The translations under genes were made by a program, and so were the position numbers. A stretch of 64,000 nucleotides of DNA from Blepharisma stoltei ATCC 30299. Taxonomy: Eukaryota > Protista > Ciliophora. This document shows positions 49,545 to 60,815 of the stretch, in pieces. Below the pieces are notes generated by a model. The model worked only from the letters and a program-made list of their open reading frames with translations, was not told the origin of the DNA and searched no databases. The stretch lies in the NCBI GenBank assembly GCA_965603825.1, contig CBFDEM010000060.1, forward strand, positions 186,001 to 250,000, read 5' to 3'. Every line of letters begins with the position of its first letter. Position 1 is the first letter of the stretch.

Positions 49545-49913
49545 CTATAGCTGATCAGCTATACAATCATTAGGGATTTCACAAATGCCTGTGTCCCCAA
49601 ATATAATGCCTGAATAAATGGCGTCTCCAAAGTCAATTTTGAACTTTGAATCGCATTTTTCAAGCTCTACCATAAACCTTGGATTTAGATCTGTGATGCA
49701 GTTTTGGTTTTTAAAACATTGCATGACTAGATTTTCCAAAGTCATCTGAGACGACTCAGTGTCTCCGGATAGGTTTGAGCATTGGTCGCTCTTATCTGGT
49801 ATTGCATAATTTGCAGTACCAAATACATTTATGGGAAGATTTGAGAGGTCGATGGCCGTTAAACCGTCTAAATTTCAACTCCCTCTGCGCTCTTCTTCAT
49901 TACTCTTTTGCAT
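49545..49913 (-). CDS. Orphan small protein, triplicate copy 1 (122 aa from second ATG)
   Basis: MQKSNEEERRGS[W]NLD..TLENLVMQCFKNQNCITDLNPRFMVELEKCDSK..; the ancestral ATG at 49953 is out of frame. Confidence 0.7.
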
Positions 49914-50890
49914 GTTAATTTTCTATTAATCTAAATTCTTCTTTATTAGCCATTGAACCCTTTTACATTATGAAGGCGATTAGTAAAAGCTTAATTTGAA
50001 TAAAAACTCGATTTTGATTGTTTCTTAAAATTAAAAGAGATTCTCATTCCTTGGAGACTCTTAATAAGGTGAAAATAATATGGATTATGAAATTAAAAAA
50101 TTAATTGGTTTAAGCCTGATATTAGAACAGCTAAATATTGAGATTTACAATAAACTAGTTATGCTTAAAATAAGCTTATTTTGCTTTTGAGATTTAAAAG
50201 TATTAATTTTTGAGGCAAGAATTTTTCTTAGCCTTGCTCAGAGCTAAGATTTATTCACCATTTCACAAAAATAATTATATTTTGAGTTTAATTGGCTGCT
50301 TCTTAAAATTTTTTATTCTTATTAAGGTAAGTTTTTTGTTTATTAATTTCCAACCTTTAAAATCATCTAGGACCTTAGCCACTTAATAAAGAACTTTAAA
50401 TATTAGTTTGCAAAGGTGCCGCATTTTTCATAAGTTTAATTTTTACTAATCCATTAAAATTATTATTAACTTTAATTAATTACTATGAAAGAAGCGCTCA
50501 TTGCTAATGGAGCAATGAGATATGTGTTGAAAGCATAAAAGTGCATGACATTTCTTAATTTCTTTTCATCTCGAATCTTTTATACAATTACCAAGGTTTC
50601 TCATCTATAAAAGCTCTCAAAAGATAGCAACAAATCCAATTCTTGTCTATCTAGGTAAACGTTTTTTGGATATATACATAAAACTCAAACAAGCCACTAA
50701 TATTCCATTTAATGGCTTCGAGTTAAGCTTCAACAAAAAACAGTCGCAAACTGGTAAAGAAATGCTTTAGTGCTATATATCAACTTTACAATCCAAAGCG
50801 ACTTATAGTTAAATCAAAATTTCTTTTAAAAGCAATTTCAAACTAAAAACTATATAATTTTATTATGCGCTAAAATAACTATTTTACAAA

Positions 50891-52960
50891 ATGAATCCAA
50901 ATCAGCTATTTGTTCCAAAAGGTTCTTCTTTAAATCGAAGAAGCAGCCTTAGTCCTTTTCTTTCAAATCAGAGCCCAATCCCCCTTATTAACTCTGAAAG
51001 ATCAAGCCAACTCAATTTAAGCCGAGTTGGTTCATTATCCAGAATAGGTGGCAGCATAGCATCAAGTCCTACCCCGCAACCTCACGACATAAACAGCATC
51101 ACACTAAAAAAAATTGCCCATAATAGCTCAAGAAGTCTTAATAGCTTTGACTATATTACAATTCTTGATACATTTCAAAGCAGTCAGGCATCTCCAGTAT
51201 ATGAACCCACCCATTCAAATCAAATATTAAAAGCAGCTCCAAGGAACAGAACTATCATTTTCGATAAGCATCCAGCACCTTTGCTTAATGTAGGGTATGG
51301 AATCTCAGAAAAAATTAATTCTGACTTGAATTCATTATATAGGAGCTCTCATTATATAAAAAAACAGCAGACTATCCCACCTCCACGTGATAAGATAAAT
51401 TCTATTTTTTCAATTTATTATTTGGGAAGAGGTTTCAACGTGTCTGGAAGCACTTTGGGGAGATCGAATGGGCTTGGAATTCTGCTTAGTCCAGACCTAT
51501 GCCTTACTACACATTCAGTAATTGCTGATGAAGATGCTGCACTTAATTCATATGCTCAATTCAGAAATAGCGAGGTTTTTAAATTCGATCCTCAGAGATG
51601 CTTTGTGACATCGAGTAATCATGAATTCACACTTGTAGCTTTTCAGAGTCAATCTGCATTTGCTCTTCAATTATATAAGCCAATTAACATTACAGAGCCC
51701 TTTTCACTTAGGATTGGAGATTCTGTGACCTTTTTCCCTTATGATTCCCAAACAACTAAAAAAGTGTTGGCAATAGAAAATAATTTATTTACATTCACAT
51801 CAGGTAATAAAGAAGGCTTATTGCCTGGAACACCAATATTTTCATCCACGTGGATTTTTCAAGGAATTTACATCAGATGCAGCTCACACATCAATATTGT
51901 AAATAGGGTTGAGCATGTTTTCGACTATTTTGAATCATTTATGTCTATGAATCCTAATTCTTTATTAGACAGGTTCTTGCACTTGGATCACATAGGATTT
52001 ATGAAGCAATTTCACGACATGAATTTATATTATTTTGAATGGCATGGAAGGAGCACGTGAAAATATGATATTGGATTAAATGAATGAGTCCGAATAAATC
52101 TTGGGAGCATTGAATCTTTAGAGAAGAAAGGTAAGCACTGGACTTATCATTGAAATTCGAGGCTTGTATATCTTCCTGACATGTCAATTCTAATTATTGG
52201 GGGGAAATCGAAGTTGACGGGAGGGGAAACTAACGAACTTTGATTGTTATCGCCTTCTAAGGGATATAAATTGAAGAAACTAGCTTCTATGTCGGCTGTA
52301 AGAGAAAGCGCTGCTTGTGTATATATTGAGAAATCTGTTTATGTTATAGGTGGAAAGCCAAATCTTCAATCTTGTGAAATGCTATCTCTTAATAGCAAGA
52401 AATGAACTGATATTGCTTCTATGCAGCATCCAAGATATGATGCAGCAGCATGCTCAGGATTAAATAATACTCATATCTTTGTGTTTGGAGGCTGCCCTGT
52501 TTCCACTTCTGGAAGATCCATTGAAATTTATTCAATAAAGAAGAATCAATGAGACTTGCTTCCTATTTCTATGCCAAAGCCTCTATTAAAGCCCGCACTT
52601 TTTCCAATCACAGATAGAAAAATAGCTATTTTAGGAGGAGGATCATCTTCAATTTATTTATTATATATTGAAGACTCATTAGACCAGCAAGATTATAAAT
52701 ACAAACTTAAAGAATGCATAAAGAACCTAGAAGAAAATTTAGAAACTGCTTGACCTGTAGCATATGACAGAGATGAAAATAAATTATATATTCTAAATCT
52801 TAATAGGAGTGGATACATAAGTACGAATCCTGGCGTTGTTGAATATCGTATACAAGATTTTGAATTTGGACAAAGGCAAGACCATAATTTTGATTTATTT
52901 TCTACTTTTGGAACTTCCAAGCAATCAAGAGTGCAAACTCCTATTTCTCTGCATAGATAA
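50891..52960 (+). CDS. Trypsin-like (pseudo)peptidase domain + Kelch-repeat protein (689 aa)
   Basis: GLGILLSPDLCLTTHSVI, FTLVAF, PGTPIF; then IGG, YVIGG, FVFGG, ILGG Kelch blades; seven in-frame TGA; TAA at 52958-52960. Confidence 0.85.
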
Positions 52961-53305
52961 TGTAGCATAGTGTAAATTAAAACTAACTTTCTATAAATTG
53001 GTTAGGAAATATGCCATTTTAAAATTAAGAATTAAGCGCTCATATGAATCACGAAAAAAGTTCATTTTTATTGCTTTATTTAACGAATTTATTGTTTTAT
53101 AGCCAAAAGATAATTTAGAGTGTTTAAACTCGCATTACCAAAGAATTATTACCAAAAAAAATTTTCAATACATAGACCTCCTGACATAAAAGAAGAAAGT
53201 CAATTAATTTTAAATAGAGTCGATTTGATAATTTAAAAATTAAAACAATTCAATTGGATATGAAAAGATTTTTAAATTTATAAAAACTTTTTTAAAAAGT
53301 AGCTT

Positions 53306-53716
53306 TTATAGCTGATCAGCTATACAATCATTAGGGATTTCACAAATACTTGTGTCCCCAGATACAATGCCTGAATAAATGGCTTCTCCAAAGTCAATTT
53401 TGAACTTTGAATCGCATTTTTCAAGCTCGACCATAAACCTTGGATTTAGATCGGTAATGCAGTTTTGATTTCTAAAACATTGCATGACGAGATTTTCCAA
53501 GGTCAGCTGCGATGATTCAGTGTCTCCAGATAAGTTTGAGCATTGGTCGCTCTTATCTGGTATTGCATAATTTGCACTACCAAATATATTTATGGGAAGC
53601 TTTGAGAGATCGAGGGCCGCAAAAAAGTCTAAATTTCAACTGCTTCTACGTTCTTCTTTATTGCTATTTTGCATCTTTGACTTTCTTTTAACTTCTAAAT
53701 TCTTTTTATTAGCCAT
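53306..53716 (-). CDS. Orphan small protein, triplicate copy 2 (136 aa)
   Basis: MANKKNLEVKRKSKMQ..SS[W]NLDFF..EIPNDCIADQL; intact with TGA=Trp. Confidence 0.8.
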
Positions 53717-54439
53717 TGGTCTCTTTTGCATTATTAGGGCGATTTGTAAAATTTTAATTTGCTATAAAACAGTGTTACTTACTTTTTTTAATTTAAGAAA
53801 AATTTTGAAGATTTGAAAATTCTAAGCGAGATAAAAATCATTATGAAATGCAGAATTTCGAATGGATTGGTTTTAATATTTATTATTAGAATAGATGAAT
53901 ATTGAGGAATGGAACAAACCAAGAGCATTTGAAATAAAGATTTTTAGGCTTTGAAGTTCATAATTGCATTTTGATTAGCAAAGCTTTTTACTAAATTGTC
54001 CTTAATATAAGATCTTATCACCATTGCACGAAAAAGTTTATTAAACTTGCATCAGCAACCTCTCGCAATTCTTTGATTGATAATTTTTAGCCTACCAAAT
54101 TTTAGGCAAGAATGTCGCTTAATAAAAATCTTCGAATAGAAATTTAAAGAGAAAACGATTGATTTCATAAAGAAAACTAATTTAATTTTACTTATCTATA
54201 TCCAATGAAATTATCATTAATTCTCATTAATTATCGATAAAGAAGTAAAGATTTCTAAATACACAATAAGATTGACCTGGAAGCATAAAGTGCTACAAAA
54301 CATTTCTTAATTTCCATAATATTTTTATATTTTATTAGGTGAAATTTAAAGATCCTTGCACAAAATTAGTAAATCTCTTCCTTACCCATATAAGTCAACA
54401 ATTTGTTTATAGGGTAAAATGCAATTAGGCGCAAAAGCT

Positions 54440-54950
54440 ACAATAGCATCTTTATAGCTCTCTATAGCTATAAAGAAAGTGATTAGAGGTTGCCTTATTT
54501 CTCAGCTTGCAAAAATATTGAAAATTATTAGATAAAGAAAAATCAAAGAGCATTTTTCAACTTCTATATCAAAGCCTATGATAAAATCAGCACTTTTTCA
54601 ATCATAATAGTGAAAAGCTATATTAGATGGAGATCATCTTTAATTTATTTATTTTATGCAGAAGCATCATCAGAAGTAAGATTATAAATATAAGCTTAAA
54701 GAATGAATTAAAATTAAAGAGAATTTCGAGAGCACTTGACCTCTGGATCATGATAGGGAAGAAATAAAATTGCATATGATATATTTATAACAGGGGAAGT
54801 TGGGATATTAGTTCGACCCTGATTTATGATTGCGAACCTAGAAGATTTCGAATTTGGACAAAGTCAAGAACCACAAAATAAATTTATTTCTACTCTTTTT
54901 TCTTTAAGCAAACTAGAATGCAAATCTCTATTTCTTTGGCAAAAATCATG
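54440..54950 (+). pseudogene. Second degraded copy of the Kelch gene 3' end
   Basis: Matches such as CAAAGCCT, AAGATTATAAAT..AAGCTTAAAGAATG, CTTGACCT, GAATTTGGACAAAG; frameshifted. Confidence 0.8.
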
Positions 54951-55271
54951 TAGTATTGTTTAAAGTTAAATTTACTTTCTATAAATCGGTATCGAAATAT
55001 GTCTATTTTAATTCCAAATAGTGTAGCTTTTAATTTCGAATAAAAACTAATGACTTTTCTCTATCAATACTTCTTATATTTAAGCTTTTATTTTCAATAA
55101 AACTCCTAAACAAAAAAAAATTCCCAATACATAAATCTCTATGCCCATCCTTAAACGATCGATTTAATTTTCATTTAAAAAGCCAATTTTTAAAATTAAT
55201 AAAAATATGAAATTAAAGCAGTGGATATTAAAGGATATTTAAATTATATTTACTTATAACAAAAATTATCA

Positions 55272-55715
55272 TTATAGTTCATCAACGATACAATCGTCAG
55301 GAATCTCACAAATATCTGTATCCCCGAATACAATTCCTGAATAAACGGCTTCCCCAAAGTCAAACTTCAACTTTGAGTCACATTTTTCAAGTTCCACCAT
55401 AAACCTTGGATTCAAGTCTGTAATGCAGTTTTGATTTTTAAAGCATTGCATGACGAGATTTTCCAAAGTCTGTTGTGATGAAGTCATTCAGGATTTCATA
55501 GACTCACTGGAAGACTCAGCATCCCCTGATAAGCTCGAGTACTGATCGCTCTTATCTAACATTGTGTAATTTGCAGTAGCAAATGCATTAGTTGGGAGTT
55601 TTGAGAGGTTGAGGGCTGTAAAGAAGTCTGAATTCCTGCTTTTTCTACGCCTTTCTTCATTGCTCTTTTGCATGTTTAGTTTTCTATTAACTTCTAGATT
55701 CTTTTTATTAGCCAT
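55272..55715 (-). CDS. Orphan small protein, triplicate copy 3 (147 aa)
   Basis: Track ORFs 55488..55715 and 55272..55487 are contiguous through TGA at 55488-55490. Confidence 0.8.
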
Positions 55716-56267
55716 TGCTCCTTTGCATTATAAGTGCTATTAGCAAAGATTTTAATTACTATAAACAAATATAAAAACAACCTCTTGGCTAATTTTTGAA
55801 TTATAGAAAGATTACCGTGGTTTGGTAATGCGATAATAAGGATTAAAATAATTTATGAATTAAAAAGATTATAAATTAATTGGGTTTAAAAATCGGTTAA
55901 CTGAATTGTTAATTATTGAGGATTTGAAATAAAATTAGTGCGTTTGAGAGAAAAAGGTTGGCTGGATTCGTTTAGCTTATAAACGTAATTAGGAAAAGCT
56001 TCTTTGATAAATTTGGCTTGGAACTAAAATTTATTGACTATCCAAATATAGTTACCTTCAATTTCATCAACCTTTTCTAAATTTCTTAGCTTCAATATAA
56101 GAGCTTTTTCCATTAGTTTACTGATTATAGTCTACTAACCAGAAAAATACGTCACTTAATAGTGATCTTTTAACTTTTAGTTTACTTGAATTAGGGGAGT
56201 TTTAATATTAAAACAAAATTAGTTTAATTTTTCATTAATATTTATCAAATTAATTCAATTTAATTAA

Positions 56268-57011
56268 TTATTCGTTAAAAAAGTATAGATTACTCAATAG
56301 AACAATAAGAATATGTCCCGAAAGCATCAAAAGTGCAACAAGATACTTTTTACTTTCCATCACGCTTTTGATATTTTCCCAGAGATTACTCATCATTAAA
56401 AATCCAGACCAAAAAGCAGCAAGTCCCATTGCTGTCCATCTAAGTAGGCTATTTGGATATATGCACAAAACGCAAGCAGGCACAAAAGGTATTAATGAAT
56501 ACCCATAAAGTGAAGTAATTTCTAATAAACTTAGTTTACTTCCAGCCCCTTTAAGAATCGTGTATAAAGTAAAAGGAATAACAGCAGCTTGCATATAAAT
56601 ATAAGTTCCAGCACACAATAGCCTTGGAGCATTAGAATCACCATTCCCATGCGCTATAAAGAACCCAAAATTGCTTGCAGCTGCAAGAATGAAGATTAAT
56701 GTTGTGACTGTTCAAAATGGCGTGTATAGATCTGGAGCTCCTTCCTCAAAGAATTGTCCCTTTGAGAATGGATGAAAGACCTTTTTAATCCTCTGAATAG
56801 CAGTCTGAGTGTCTATATCAAAATAAGCTTTATAAAACCCGAGCTCCCAGAATTTACTGGAATATTCTCCGTAAGCTTCTACTATGTCTTCGAACTTTTG
56901 CAGCTCATCTTTATCATCAGTTTTCAGATTTGTCGTTTCAGATGGCTCGTGGTCTAAGGAGATTTGGCCATATGAATTGATATCTGACTCAATGTCTGCC
57001 CACTCTTTCAT
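56268..57011 (-). CDS. Yip1-domain Golgi protein (YIPF1/2-like)
   Basis: FW...FY..YFDIDT, PDLYTPF[W], YGYSLIPFVP, five TM segments. Confidence 0.88.
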
Positions 57012-57060
57012 TTTATTGATGATTAAATATAATAAAAAATTAAAGGATTTTGATATAAAT

Positions 57061-59454
57061 TTACTTATAAGATCCAAGAGAACTTGACGGACGAATTTTT
57101 GGAGGGGTTACACTTTGGGTGCTGTGAGACCTTCTTGAAGTTAGAGGAAGGATCTCTTTTGACTTAGAATTCCGCTTTAAGCTTTTTTGGGTTTCGTTTC
57201 TTCCGATTATGCCATGAAATCCTTTGATTTTTATAGATTTTGACTGCTGGACTTCAGGGATTAATGCTTCTAAGCTTTTGGCATGCTGCGTTTTTGATAT
57301 CCTCATCATATCTTTTTCTCTTTCTGTTCTTCAAGTCTCAAAGTGTGAGTTAAATCTGTCTTTATTATTCCTTTCAATTTCTTTTATTTCTTCTTTCCTT
57401 GATTTCTGATGATTTTCTGACTGCTTTAATTCTTCTTTCAGCTCTTTTATTTCATTCTCTTGGTCAAGTTTAAGCTGTTGAGTCAGCTGCTTGTATTGCT
57501 TCTCTTGGGCTTGAATTTCTTTTTGATGAATGCTTATAAGGGACTGAATCTGGTTTTGTAGCTTTTGGACTTTGGATTTCAATTCTTCAGGGTCATCGCT
57601 TGAAATAGACTTATTCAAAGGCAAATTTGATCTGAAAATCCTTGGAGGGTGTGGAGAAGTAAACAATTGAATAGGACATATGCCAAATTCTTTAAGCTCG
57701 GTTTCTTTTGCTCTTCTTTTATAGTCATTTTTTATTGATGACCAGTCAAACCCATAACTTTCTGGGTAATATAAATTAAATGAGTCTTTAGCTGCTTGTC
57801 CTTGCTGCTTGTAGCCAAATATGATATCAATCCAATTATGTAGTGATGCAGAAACAATATCATTCTCTAGGGCTTCTTTTAAAGTAGTTAGAAATTGTCA
57901 AGAGTCTTTAGACCATTCAGGAAGTTCGACGTCTCCAATAGTTTTACCATCTCCTATACTTAATTCATCAACATTTATCAAAAAATCTGGATCGTCAGAG
58001 AAAAATTCTGGGGTCAATTCTTTTAGATCTCCAAACTCTGATATAGAGCTTTGGAAAGATTTTTCTATACTTAAAAATAACTTTTCTGAAATTGAATAGA
58101 CTGAATTTTGACACCTAAGCAGCAGTTCTGGGATTTTTCTAATAAAATATAAAAATACAATTGAAGGGTTTGAGTAATGAGAAGGGTAGAGGCTGATTTC
58201 AATTCCTCCTCCTTTTTCTTCTAGCCTGGTCTCTAAATAGAATCTTACTTCATATCTCTCTAATCTTGATTTATTCAAAGCCCCAATGGGAACTGCCAAA
58301 TCTCTATAATTATTTGGATTATTTAAATCAATTTCTGCTTATATCTTACTTTCCCCACAGTAATTTTTCAACACTCAAGGGAACACAGGATACTGCGCAA
58401 CATCTAATTCACATCTATTCCCTAAATGATTAAGAAACATTAAATACTCAAAATTGCTCAAAATTCCTGACGATCATTTTGCCATAACTTTCTGCAGCTC
58501 ACAGGTAGGATCTTTAAATTTTATTTTATTTTGCAAATATAAAAAAATATTTTCTCTTTGTTCTTCATTTTCAAAAATTAAAACCAATGGGAACTTCGAG
58601 CTGTACATATAAATAGAAAGAGCTGTGTTTTTATGAAGATATTTGTATCTCATAATAAAAATAATGTTTTTGAATAAAACATGAACTGGCTCGTTTGGTT
58701 TTGCATTAATCAAAGAGTAAAAGTGAAAAGAATTCGTTGATAAAATAAATGCCCCAAGCTGCAAACATTCAGGCAATAATCTGCTTGTTTTTTGATGCAT
58801 TAGAAGATCTTCTGAGTCAAAATCCTGACTATTTTTCAGCATCCCTACAAGCTCTTTATATCTTACTTCATAAATCAATTGGATAATCCCATCTTCATCA
58901 TTATATCTCAGTACCATTTCTAGCTCAGTGGCTATTCTTGATAAGTCATTTTGGTTGATTTCAAACTCAAAGGCCTCTTGTGAATTTTGAGAAAAAGCTG
59001 GCGCCATTGACTCTCGTGTTATTACGAAAAATCTTTTCACGTTAATGCTAAGTACTGGGCGAGTTTCCAAACTCTGGTGCAAAGCTCTTTTATATTTCAT
59101 GCTTCTTGGAGAAAGGGTTTCTGATGGGATTTGGCCACTTTTGGATTTTTTGGAGGTTTGGGAATTACTTGAAATTGATGAAGGCTCTACTATAGAAGAG
59201 TTGCAGGAAAACTTGAAATCGGAAGTGTCAAGCTTGAATTTTACCATAGGAAGCCGATAAACTTGAGGTTGGAAATATAGAGATCTTGTAGTTAAATGGA
59301 GCTTGCCCGATTCTCTATGTAGGGATTACCTTTCAAATTCAGTCGATTTTAGTTTGCAAGAGACTGTTGAAATTAATGCTTCATTTGAGTCGAGATAGAA
59401 AAGATTAAAGCTCTTAGAAGGCCTTGGTATTCCATGAAACTCAGTTAAAATCAT
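57061..59454 (-). CDS. FAN/NSMAF-like GRAM-PH-BEACH protein with coiled-coil tail (no WD40), two introns
   Basis: FNLFYLD, GKLHLTTRSLYFQP, [W]..G.LSNFEYLMFLN..G.R....QYPVFP[W], ELTPEFF, DVELPEW, LHNWIDIIFGYKQ, FG.CP.QLF..PHP.R. Confidence 0.85.
58335..58349 (-). other. 15-nt intron
   Basis: GTAAGATATAAGCAG. Confidence 0.85.
59315..59329 (-). other. 15-nt intron
   Basis: GTAATCCCTACATAG. Confidence 0.85.
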
Positions 59455-59712
59455 CTTATAAGGGTTTAATATAAAAACTGAGATAAAGTGCATAAAAATG
59501 TAATAAATATATATTCGCATCTTATTGAAATGGCTTATTTTTATTAAAATAGCATTACTTGCCTATAAAATAAGAGTTTTTTTGGTGCAATCTAAGAAAT
59601 TTCTGCTTAATGTTACTTTCTAAGCTTTCATGTTAATTAAATAAGCCTTTCTCTTTCTAAAGCAGAAAATTCAAGCATATCTGTATCTTTTGTCGTTAAA
59701 TATGAACGTTAA

Positions 59713-60267
59713 ATGTCTGAACAGTGCAGTAAGTTAGCTTATCCAAGCGCAATCAAGAAAAGGGTTGAAGGCGATTGGAATTGCCCTAATTGTTTAAATT
59801 TGAACTTTTCCTTCAGAAATATTTGCAATCGTTGCGGATATACAGACCAGCTAATGCCTACATTCAATGCATTCTTATACATGAACGCACCTTCTTTGGA
59901 GGAAGCCTCAGCTTTATCAAATGATGCAGGAAATCCTCCACCCAGGCTTGATATTTCTCAATTGCCCTCTATTTCTCCCTTTTTGAGAGAAAAATATCTT
60001 CAAACCAGAATTGAGATCAATCCTGTGACCAAGCGTTTATTAAAATTTGAAAACGAAAATACAACAAATGATAAAACAAACGAAAATACGCCAAATTTCA
60101 AAGCTAAAACAAAGCCAAAGCAGCAAAGAAAATCTGGTACATTGCCTGTTCATATTAAAAAACCTGCTAAAGAAAAAGAGGGGGATTGAATATGTCTAAA
60201 GTGCAATAATTGAAATTTTGCTTTTCGTTCAGAGTGCAACATATGTAAAGAAGCCAAAGAGAAGTAA
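59713..60267 (+). CDS. Protein with two RanBP2-type zinc fingers (184 aa)
   Basis: GDWNCPNCLNLNFSFRNICNRC and GD[W]ICLKCNN[W]NFAFRSECNIC; TAA at 60265-60267. Confidence 0.88.
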
Positions 60268-60815
60268 GTTGATTTATTTAAAATAATTGTTTATCAATTG
60301 GAATAACTAATTAAATATTTATGACTGTGATGAATTAGGTATGGATTTTTATAAATTAAAAGATTTATTATTATATTTTATATAATATAAATCACTTGAG
60401 AAATAGATTTATTAGATCTATTAAGCATTCTAAATTTAATTTCTAAAAATAGCCTATTTTTGTATTAATAAGCAAGCACATTAATTAAATCTTGACATAC
60501 GTTGCAGTTATACACCTAATATCTTCGAACAGCATAGCCAACTTTATATGATAAAGCAGTATATTGCTAAACTGAAAGAAAAATGGTGAAAAGAATGAAG
60601 TGCGTTAAAAAGAAATTATTAGTTAAAAGGCTGCACTAGCAATCTTTAAAAATATTTAAGACGTTTTCCAGCTATTCTAAAGCTTCAGAATTTGAAAGAA
60701 GCCCAAATTCACAAAATCGCCAGCATATGAGGCGAAATTAAAAGTCGGTTAGAGTATTGCAACATCATATATAAGAATTAATATTATACTGAAGATTTAA
60801 ATTATTTTATTCGGG

